Source: an uncultured virus (IMG/VR IMGVR_UViG_3300043399_001317) (lineage: Duplodnaviria > Heunggongvirae > Uroviricota > Caudoviricetes). From it: a DNA stretch of 20,000 bases. A program made the position numbers and the translations under genes. The first letter of the stretch is position 1. The number at the start of each line of letters is the position of its first letter. The DNA is taken from IMG/VR virus record IMGVR_UViG_3300043399_001317; one strand, 5' to 3'. The notes under the pieces are model-generated. The model searched no databases and was not told the origin of the DNA. It was given only the letters and a program-made list of their open reading frames with translations. Positions 8,550 to 15,051 of the stretch are shown here, piece by piece.

Positions 8550-8648
8550 CTATCCTTTAAAGATAAAATAAAGAACCAATAAGAAGAGGGATATATAAGC
8601 AATACCCCAAAATACGATTAAAGGCCAGTACGGATTTTCTTTTTTCAT
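8550..8648 (-). CDS. small single-pass membrane peptide (32 aa, MKKENPYWPLIVFWGIAYISLFLLVLYFIFKG)
   Basis: Translated by hand (below the ORF-track cutoff); A-rich leader; fills the gap between the upstream stop and terminator copy 7. Confidence 0.65.
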   Translation of the reverse strand: MKKENPYWPLIVFWGIAYISLFLLVLYFIFKG

Positions 8649-8660
8649 ATGTATTTTTTT

Positions 8661-8897
8661 TTAATTCCAGCAGTCAATTTTGTACTTATCCAAATAGGGT
8701 TTTTTTGCGCCGTTTGGGTGCCTGTATAACTCCCAGCGGGATAGATATAAGCCCTTATCAATAAGTTTAAAGGTTTCTTTTTTCGCCCTTTCCTTAAATT
8801 CTTTTTCCTTTTTGGGTGTATAGAGGGCTTGTACTTTCAAACCCATTTTTTCCCCGGTTTCGCCCTCGGTGACGAAATAAAGACTTAGAATTTCCAT
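8661..8897 (-). CDS. basic hypothetical protein (78 aa, MEILSLY...)
   Basis: Start corrected to 8897; variant promoter box TATCTTCG at 8929-8936. Confidence 0.72.
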   Translation of the reverse strand: MEILSLYFVTEGETGEKMGLKVQALYTPKKEKEFKERAKKETFKLIDKGLYLSRWELYRHPNGAKKPYLDKYKIDCWN

Positions 8898-8969
8898 AAA
8901 GTTGTTTTTATAAGGGTTAATAATCTGGCGAAGATACAAAGTTTTTTTTAATTATCCAAATTATTTAAT

Positions 8970-9013
8970 AAAAAAAATTCCCCCACACCTTTTCAGATGT
9001 GAGGGAATTTTTT
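8970..9013 (-). terminator. Family A repeat copy 8 (CCCTCACATCT-GAAA-AGGTGTGGGGG)
   Basis: 11-bp stem with two G.U pairs, GNRA tetraloop and T-tract. Confidence 0.88.
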
Positions 9014-9027
9014 GTGGTGAGGGGTGG

Positions 9028-10014
9028 TTAGAATAACCCATTTAAGAAAGCGAAAGGGCTTTCAGGGTCGGGGTTTTCTTTTTCCCTTACTTCGCCTTTT
9101 ACCCATTTTCCGTTTTGTAATATAAAACCCCTAGTTTCTAGGGAGTCTTCACCGCCGTATGGGTCGTACTCGGGTAGTTCTACTATTTCGGCGTTGGCCG
9201 GAACCATTAGACGCCATATTTTGCCGCCGCCCCTGTGCCCCGAGTAGCTTTCATGCGAAATTACCTGAACTAAATCAGGTATGTTTTCGCCTTCAAAGAG
9301 TATTCCGTTAACCAGAAGCCTGTTATAACCTTTGCGGCTAACAATTATATGTTCGTTATACTCCAATTTTATGAATTGGTAGTTAACCCGCTCTTCCATT
9401 TCCGCAATTTCGTCTAGATTCCTGAGATACTCTTCATACCGCACCCATGTATTAGGTAGTCGGTCTTTACAAAATATCTCTAATGCAGAGTTTTGGACGC
9501 CATAAACGCCCAAAGATTCTGCTATCTTTTTTAAAGATGTTACGTCGTTCACATAACGACCGCTATTCCAGTCCTGCATTAGCGCAGAACTTTTCACGCC
9601 CGCAGCAAGGCGTATAGAATAGGTCGTGTTCGACCACTTCCCGTTCTTCGAATAGTCCTTACTTTCGACCACACAAACCCCGGGAATGTTAGACCCGGTA
9701 AACTCGAATATATGATTTTTAACATAAAGCAAAAGCATCGGATACCTAGAACGGTGTCCCATGCCATCATTATACGATATTACCCCCTCATTCACATCGG
9801 GGAAAGGGTATAGTTCCGACGGAACGTCCGGAACGTGGTTGACTTGGACGTCCCAATACCCGTCCCTTACTTTGCATTTGTAATATTTGAAGTCTAAGAC
9901 TTCGAAGTTTTCAATTTTCCGGTCTTCTTTAACCGGGAAGCGGGAAGTTTTACCCGCAAATTCAACGACCAAAACTTGGCCGCATTCGTTTTTTTCTAAT
10001 GATAGATTCACCAT
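9028..10014 (-). CDS. hypothetical protein (328 aa, MVNLSLEK...)
   Basis: Start corrected to 10014; promoter at 10046-10076. Confidence 0.82.
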   Translation of the reverse strand: MVNLSLEKNECGQVLVVEFAGKTSRFPVKEDRKIENFEVLDFKYYKCKVRDGYWDVQVNHVPDVPSELYPFPDVNEGVISYNDGMGHRSRYPMLLLYVKNHIFEFTGSNIPGVCVVESKDYSKNGKWSNTTYSIRLAAGVKSSALMQDWNSGRYVNDVTSLKKIAESLGVYGVQNSALEIFCKDRLPNTWVRYEEYLRNLDEIAEMEERVNYQFIKLEYNEHIIVSRKGYNRLLVNGILFEGENIPDLVQVISHESYSGHRGGGKIWRLMVPANAEIVELPEYDPYGGEDSLETRGFILQNGKWVKGEVREKENPDPESPFAFLNGLF

Positions 10015-10095
10015 TTCAGTATTTTTTTTTCGATTAACAATAAGACAAATATACAAAGGATATTTGAATAATGCAATACCCCACATAAAATTTAA

Positions 10096-10158
10096 CAAAA
10101 AAAAATCCCCCACACCTTTTCAGATGTGAGGGATTTTTTTGACCGAAGGGGGGGGGGG
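10096..10158 (-). terminator. Family A repeat copy 9 with a C11 tract after the stop codon
   Basis: GAAA-loop hairpin; G11 at 10148-10158 on the plus strand. Confidence 0.88.
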
Positions 10159-10482
10159 TTAAACTCCAAGAGACTTGCACCCCAGAATTTTCCCTTCGCC
10201 GTCCCGCACGACCTCAGCGGGAACAAGGAGGTCGGCGCGTTGGGGTAGGGCAGTCTTCACAATTTGGGAAACGATTAAGAACGTCCCCTCTTGGGGTTCG
10301 GGCAGCCCCTCCGGTTCCCCGAAGACCGTTTTTGTGACGGGCACCCCGTCCACATCAAACCCCGCACTTTCGGTCGTCGCCTTCAGGCGAACAAGACCCT
10401 CGGGGTTAAACACTTTTACCGTTTCCCCTTCAACGTTCACCACCGTAATGGGGTGGGGTGTAAAGTTTTTTACTTCTGCCAT
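10159..10482 (-). CDS. conserved phage hypothetical protein (107 aa, NxTPH...LPEP...IVS...R.DLL.P...VRD..G.I.GC family)
   Basis: Motif pattern recalled from phage proteins of unknown function; promoter at 10534. Confidence 0.85.
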   Translation of the reverse strand: MAEVKNFTPHPITVVNVEGETVKVFNPEGLVRLKATTESAGFDVDGVPVTKTVFGEPEGLPEPQEGTFLIVSQIVKTALPQRADLLVPAEVVRDGEGKILGCKSLGV

Positions 10483-10603
10483 TTTAGAAAAGTTTTCCCC
10501 TGACCAGCGGGGCGCTGTTTTTTTTTAACACTACAAAGATAAAGAACATTTTTTAATTGTGCAATATCTTTGCAGCATTTTTTTTATTTTTTTTTGTCCC
10601 GCC

Positions 10604-10915
10604 TTATTCGGGGGGGTTTGAAGGTTCATCAAATTCCCGCTTTTCTATCTTGCGACCGCCGGGAACGGTCAAGCGGATAATTTCCCCCCTGATTGTAGGG
10701 GGTACCCAGCCGCCCGCAAAGAAATATTCACTAACCAGCGCCGTGACGTTGGTCAATGATATATCCCTTTTTCTGATTAGAAAAGAACCGCAGGAAAGTT
10801 CTATTTTAACTAGACGGAATCCGTCCGCCCATTTCAGGGCGGCATATGCAAACAGCAAGTTTGCAACTGTTTCAAGGCCGTTGGAGATCTCAAAGATAAT
10901 GTTTGCAATTTGCAT
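10604..10915 (-). CDS. hypothetical protein (103 aa)
   Basis: ORF with promoter box at 10943-10950. Confidence 0.65.
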   Translation of the reverse strand: MQIANIIFEISNGLETVANLLFAYAALKWADGFRLVKIELSCGSFLIRKRDISLTNVTALVSEYFFAGGWVPPTIRGEIIRLTVPGGRKIEKREFDEPSNPPE

Positions 10916-10992
10916 ATTTTCCTATTTTGATTAACAATAAAACAAAGATATAGTTTATTTTTGAAATAAACAATACCCCACATAAAATTTAA

Positions 10993-11056
10993 CAAAAAAA
11001 AATCCCCCACACCTTTGCAAGATGTGAGGGATTTTTTTGCGGTTGAGGGGGGGGGG
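10993..11056 (-). terminator. Family A repeat copy 10 (TGCAA loop) with a C10 tract
   Basis: Hairpin plus T-tract; G10 at 11047-11056. Confidence 0.88.
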
Positions 11057-11305
11057 TTATTCTAAAGTGTCCCCCAAAAACTGAATTGCCGCCTTATCTG
11101 ACATGTCGTCCCCCCATTTTGCCCGGGCACAATAAAGTTGGTCCCAGTCTTGAACCTTCCCTTCGCCATTCGAAGGGAAGGCCATAACCTCATCCCCGTG
11201 GTCAAAAGTGTTTGACCGCGATATTATCACGAATCTCCCATCCGAGAGTTGGTACTCTCGGGCATTTCCTCGTAACAGTCCTTCAGAAATTAACTTCGCT
11301 GCCAT
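11057..11305 (-). CDS. hypothetical protein (82 aa)
   Basis: ORF bounded by repeat copies 10 and 11. Confidence 0.8.
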   Translation of the reverse strand: MAAKLISEGLLRGNAREYQLSDGRFVIISRSNTFDHGDEVMAFPSNGEGKVQDWDQLYCARAKWGDDMSDKAAIQFLGDTLE

Positions 11306-11384
11306 GTCTTTATTTTTTGGTTGTTAACAATACACAAATATACAAAGGATATTTGAATAATGCAATACCCAATGTAAAATTTAA

Positions 11385-11446
11385 CAAAAAAAAATCCCCC
11401 ACACCTTTTCAGATGTGAGGGCTTTTTTTGTAGTGAGGGGGGGGGG
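11385..11446 (-). terminator. Family A repeat copy 11 with a C10 tract
   Basis: GAAA-loop hairpin; G10 at 11437-11446. Confidence 0.88.
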
Positions 11447-12139
11447 TTATTCTAAACCCAAAACCCCCCACAGGTTTGCCCCGGTCAAGTTTGCCCCGGT
11501 CAGGTTTGCATATGTCAAATTTGCCTCATAGAGGTTTGCTCCAGTCAGGTTTGCCCCTTGAAGCTTTGAATTGGACAACTCAACCCGAAACAGGTTTGTC
11601 CCACCAAGATTGACCCCTTGCAGGTCAGCCCCGCTCAGGTCGGTTTTGCTCAGGTTTGCTTCGCGCAGGTTTGCCCCGTTCAGGTTGACCCCTCGCAGGT
11701 CAGCCCCGCTCAGGTCAGCCCAGCGGAAGTCGGCCTCGCTCAGGTTTTTTTCATTCACCCCACCGAAGCGCAGGAGTGCCCCCCTAAGAATTGTTCCTCT
11801 TAGTCTGGCATAGGTCATACTTACAGCGCTAAGCCTGACCGTACTAAGGTCAGCCCCGCTCAGGTTGACCCCTTGCAGGTTTGCCCCGCTTAGGTTGGCC
11901 TTCCAAAAATTGACCCCTCGCAGGTCAGCCCCGCTCAGGTTGGCTCCGCTCAGGTCAGCCCCGCTCAGGTCGGCTTCGCGCAGGTTTGCCCCGCTCAGGT
12001 TGACCCCGCTCAGGTTGGCGTCCACAAGTACCGCCCCAGAACGGGGGACGCCGGGTATTACAAAGCCGCCGGATAGGTCGGCCCCTCTAAAATCCCGCTC
12101 TCCGGCTGCATAGCGTTCCAATAATTCTTGTGCAGTCAT
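11447..12139 (-). CDS. pentapeptide repeat protein (230 aa)
   Basis: MTAQELLERYAAGERDF followed by ADLSG/ANLxG repeats; start corrected to 12139. Confidence 0.95.
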   Translation of the reverse strand: MTAQELLERYAAGERDFRGADLSGGFVIPGVPRSGAVLVDANLSGVNLSGANLREADLSGADLSGANLSGADLRGVNFWKANLSGANLQGVNLSGADLSTVRLSAVSMTYARLRGTILRGALLRFGGVNEKNLSEADFRWADLSGADLRGVNLNGANLREANLSKTDLSGADLQGVNLGGTNLFRVELSNSKLQGANLTGANLYEANLTYANLTGANLTGANLWGVLGLE

Positions 12140-12219
12140 CGTATTTTTTTTTTGGTTGTTAACAATACACAAATATACAAAGGATTTTCCAAATATGCAA
12201 TAACCTTTTAAAAATTTAA

Positions 12220-12290
12220 CAAAAAAAAATCCCCCACACCTTTTCAGATGTGAGGGAAATTTTTGCGGTTGAGATGGGGGGGGGGGGGGG
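12220..12290 (-). terminator. Family A repeat copy 12 with a C15 tract
   Basis: GAAA-loop hairpin; G15 at 12276-12290. Confidence 0.88.
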
Positions 12291-12303
12291 TGGAGCGGTC
12301 GGG

Positions 12304-12537
12304 TCAGCACATGTGGCGCGACCAATCCCGGTCGCGCTTGTCATGCCATGATAGGTTTTCACCTCTTGATTGACCCCATTCGATTGCCCACTCCTTCCAG
12401 ACGTCTTCGGCGATTTCGTCGCCGATTTGGATGTTTTTGTCAACGGCCATCGCCATGCCGTTAGATAAGATTGCAACGTTTTTGGGGTTACTGTTTGCCG
12501 TATTGTCTACTGCAAACTCTTTTACAGTTACTGTCAT
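12304..12537 (-). CDS. hypothetical protein (77 aa, MTVTVKEF...)
   Basis: Start corrected to 12537; promoter at 12569-12599. Confidence 0.78.
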   Translation of the reverse strand: MTVTVKEFAVDNTANSNPKNVAILSNGMAMAVDKNIQIGDEIAEDVWKEWAIEWGQSRGENLSWHDKRDRDWSRHMC

Positions 12538-12618
12538 TTCAGTATTTTTTTTTCGATTAACAATAAGACAAATATACAAAGGATAATTGAATAATGCAAT
12601 ACCCTTTTAAAAATTTAA

Positions 12619-12680
12619 CAAAAAAAAATCCCCCACACCTTTTCAGATGTGAGGGCTTTTTTTGTTGTGAGGGGGGGGGG
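12619..12680 (-). terminator. Family A repeat copy 13 with a C10 tract
   Basis: GAAA-loop hairpin; G10 at 12671-12680 abutting the stop. Confidence 0.88.
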
Positions 12681-13187
12681 CTATTCTATTTCGTATTTTA
12701 CCCCCCGGATTGTTATAAATTTGACATTACTAATTTTTATGTCCTGTTGAAGGACAAGATTTTTAGGATAGTCGCCCGAATCCGACGGGCGCTTATATTG
12801 TTTGTATATGGCTTCTGAATTTTCAGAGCCGTTAGAGTTAGAGGTAAATGTTTGCGAGCGCACACTATTTTTTAGACGGCGAACCGTCATATAATAGTTT
12901 CCATTATGTTCAACTAGGGAGTTGGAAAGGCGGGTTCCCCAAGTCCGCTCCATAACTTCAAATGTCGTTGTCAAATCTTTGCGCTTTTTGAGCGCGTTTT
13001 GAATGCCTTTTTTATATGAGGAACCAATAAGAAAAACACTCTTTTCAGTCTTTTGGATTACCTCTAAGGGGCAATCCTTTTGAAGGTGTTTCCCCCTTCT
13101 GTATTCCGTCGTATATTCGACGGAAACAAAAGTCGGGGTGTTAATAGCCCAAAGAAGTTGGGCAATTGTCTCGATGTTGGTTTTCAT
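12681..13187 (-). CDS. phage hypothetical protein (168 aa, MKTNIET...), first gene of the array
   Basis: Start corrected to 13187; promoter box TAAATTTG at 13215-13222. Confidence 0.8.
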   Translation of the reverse strand: MKTNIETIAQLLWAINTPTFVSVEYTTEYRRGKHLQKDCPLEVIQKTEKSVFLIGSSYKKGIQNALKKRKDLTTTFEVMERTWGTRLSNSLVEHNGNYYMTVRRLKNSVRSQTFTSNSNGSENSEAIYKQYKRPSDSGDYPKNLVLQQDIKISNVKFITIRGVKYEIE

Positions 13188-13316
13188 TTGTCTTTGCTTT
13201 TGATTAACAATACCCAAATTTACAACGTTTCCAGTTAACAAACAAATTTTTATTCAATTATTTTCAAATTATTTTTAACCCCAGTTATATAACAAAAATA
13301 TAAATGTGTTAAAGTT

Positions 13317-13347
13317 TTGCATGTAAGAAAAAGTATTTGTATATTTG
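13317..13347 (+). promoter_or_regulatory. Bacteroidota-type promoter facing right into the non-coding region
   Basis: TTG (13317-13319), 20 nt spacer, TATATTTG (13340-13347). Confidence 0.7.
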
Positions 13348-13483
13348 ATAAAAAAAAGCCCACCCCCCAAGGATGCTGCCCCCAGCGTCCCCCACCCCCA
13401 TGCCTATACCCCCCCCCCGGCGTATCCTCCCTCCGTATAGGTAGCAGGTCGCTTGCACCCCATCAGAACCTTAACTAAACCTC

Positions 13484-13785
13484 AAAAAAATTTTCCCAAA
13501 AATCCTCCCATTTCAATATACTCCCCCATCTATCATTAAAAAATTTTCCCAAAAATCCTCCCATTTCAACATACCTTTAATAAAGACCCCATCTATCATT
13601 AAAAATTTTTTGGGAAAATTGACCTAAATCCTCCCATTTCAACATACCTTTAATAAAGCCCCATCTATCATTAGAAATTTTTTAGGAAAATTACCCCAAA
13701 TCTCCCCCATCTATCATTAAAAATTTTTTGGGAAAATTTCACTTTTTATGGTGATTTATCCAAAAAAATTTTTTGGAAAATTTTG
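13484..13785. repeat. iteron-like direct and inverted repeat cluster
   Basis: CCCCATCTATCATTA x4 (13524, 13587, 13659, 13705); AAATCCTCCCATTTCAA x3 (~13500, 13553, 13626); AATTTTCCCAAAAA x2 forward and ~4 exact or near reverse-complement copies (13607, 13679, 13724, 13769). Confidence 0.85.
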
Positions 13786-13846
13786 GTGAATAAGGCTTTA
13801 TTTTTTGGGGTTGTATTGATAATGTAAATTTTAAAACATTATCAAT

Positions 13847-14803
13847 ATGGGAAATACAAAGATATGTACAAAATGTAATTTAGAGCTTAGTGTAGATGAG
13901 TTTTATGTTAATTTAAACAAAAAAAATGGGAAAAGAACATATACATCAAGATGCAAAAAATGTACATTGCTTGCACAAAAAGAATATTCTTCAAAAGATG
14001 GTGTGAAAAACAAGATAAAAGAAAGACATAAGGAATATTATTTAAGGGATGGTATAAAGGATAAGATAAAACAAAGGAAAAAAGAATACTATTCAAGAAA
14101 TAGCGTAAAGGAAATGGTAAAAGAAAAGCAAAAAGAATATTATTTGCGAGAGAGAGAAAACATATTGCAAAAACGAAGAGAATATAACTCAAGAGATGAT
14201 GTAAAGATGAAAAGGAGAGAATATGAATCAAGTGAACTTAGGAGGGAGAATAGGATAAATAAACAAAGAGAATATCGATATAGAGATGATGTGAAAGAAA
14301 AAAATAAACAATGGCAAAAAGAATATTATTCGAGAAATGAGGTTAGAGAAAAACTACTAAAAAAACGAAAAGAATATAATTTAAGGAATAAAGAAAATAA
14401 GAAGAAACGAGATAAGGAATATCGTTTAAGAGATGATGTAAAAAAAAGGAGAAATCAAAATCACAAAGAAAGAATAAAAACAGATTCATTATACGCATTT
14501 AAAGAACGCTTACGAAGCAACATTTCAACAGCATTTAGTAGGCGTGGACAGAAAAAATTTGGTGTTCGCACCGAAGAAATTGTTGGAATTGATTTTGAGA
14601 GATTTAAAGCATATATTGAAAGCAAATTTCTGGATGGCATGAGTTGGGAAAATAGGAATGAATGGCATCTTGACCACATAATCCCAATTTCTTTGGCGGA
14701 AACTAGGGAGGATGTTATAAGGTTGTGTCATTACACAAATTATCAGCCATTGTGGGCCATTGATAATATGAGGAAGGGAAATAAGGTTATAATATCTGAA
14801 TGA
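13847..14803 (+). CDS. HNH endonuclease with N-terminal CxxC...CxxC Zn finger and charged helical repeats (318 aa)
   Basis: CTKC/CKKC; ~10 [KR]EY-initiated 13-17 aa repeats; WHLDHIIP...CHYTNYQPLWAIDNMRKGNK. Confidence 0.9.
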   Translation: MGNTKICTKCNLELSVDEFYVNLNKKNGKRTYTSRCKKCTLLAQKEYSSKDGVKNKIKERHKEYYLRDGIKDKIKQRKKEYYSRNSVKEMVKEKQKEYYLRERENILQKRREYNSRDDVKMKRREYESSELRRENRINKQREYRYRDDVKEKNKQWQKEYYSRNEVREKLLKKRKEYNLRNKENKKKRDKEYRLRDDVKKRRNQNHKERIKTDSLYAFKERLRSNISTAFSRRGQKKFGVRTEEIVGIDFERFKAYIESKFLDGMSWENRNEWHLDHIIPISLAETREDVIRLCHYTNYQPLWAIDNMRKGNKVIISE

Positions 14804-14816
14804 GGTTATTGTAAGT

Positions 14817-14847
14817 TTGTTTAATGTGAAAAATAATATTATCTTTG
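14817..14847 (+). promoter_or_regulatory. Bacteroidota-type promoter
   Basis: TTG (14817-14819), 20 nt spacer, TATCTTTG (14840-14847). Confidence 0.7.
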
Positions 14848-14893
14848 CCTCACAAAAAATTTTGTAATTTGTGGAATAATATTTATTAACAAA

Positions 14894-15016
14894 AATTATG
14901 GGCAAGGAAATGATAAAACTATAAAAGATGCTGGGTTTGATGGCGCTTATGTTTGGGAAAACAAAACCAAAAATATACAAATTTTTAATTTAAATAAAAT
15001 ATATGAAGTTTTGTGA
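14894..15016 (+). pseudogene. possible startless C-terminal remnant of an ART-like gene
   Basis: Frame reads ...KTIKDAGFDGAYVWENKTKNIQIFNLNKIYEVL*, like the G[FY]DG...IF tails of the downstream genes; no in-frame ATG after the stop at 14834-14836. Confidence 0.5.
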
Positions 15017-15051
15017 AAAAAAAAATATATTGGTAAAAACTATTTAATAAC

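Larger units (their letters stand above)
42..13245 (-). promoter_or_regulatory. 22 Bacteroidota sigma70-type promoters (-33 TTG, ~20 nt spacer, -7 TAnnTTTG), one per transcription unit
   Basis: Plus-strand caaaNNta boxes start at 42, 545, 895, 1629, 2446, 3035, 3425, 4107, 4981, 5455, 6011, 6841, 7893, 8430, 8929 (variant TATCTTCG), 10046, 10534, 10943, 11335, 12170, 12569 and 13215, each ~17-52 nt upstream of an ATG. TTG-N20 spacing counted at 895 and 1629. Leaders are A-rich with no Shine-Dalgarno, as typical of Bacteroidota. Confidence 0.88.

Noticed and set aside
10090..10164. Family A repeats as canonical integron attC sites (GTTAAAT fits GTTRRRY; GTTTAAC at this stop fits RYYYAAC)
   Set aside because: The inverse core fits fully only in this copy, the arms are asymmetric by ~17 nt, there is no integrase in the window, and G.U pairs plus a T-tract fit a terminator. 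An IntegronFinder/attC covariance search would settle it
1709..12113. Plus-strand ORFs opposite the array (e.g. 1709-2068, 8181-8495, 10175-10528, 10557-10934, 11571-11813, 11865-12113)
   Set aside because: Antisense shadows of real minus-strand genes, especially the repetitive pentapeptide genes; no promoters or plausible products
12216..12476. 86 aa minus-strand ORF with a poly-Pro stretch
   Set aside because: Alternative frame of the 12304-12537 gene that runs through the C15 tract and terminator
944..12680. Family A repeats as a CRISPR array
   Set aside because: Intervals are hundreds to thousands of nt and contain whole genes; no cas genes in the window
10148..12680. G10-G15 tracts as phase-variation switches
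   Set aside because: They lie after stop codons and outside promoter spacers, so length changes would not alter frame or promoter geometry; exact lengths may also be sequencing artefacts
527..13241. Long N-terminal extensions in the ORF track (e.g. MREFFLLK..., MGDFFLLN..., MVAPHVLT..., MLKFYLDI...)
   Set aside because: They translate the terminator/promoter module itself; the true starts lie downstream of the TAnnTTTG box
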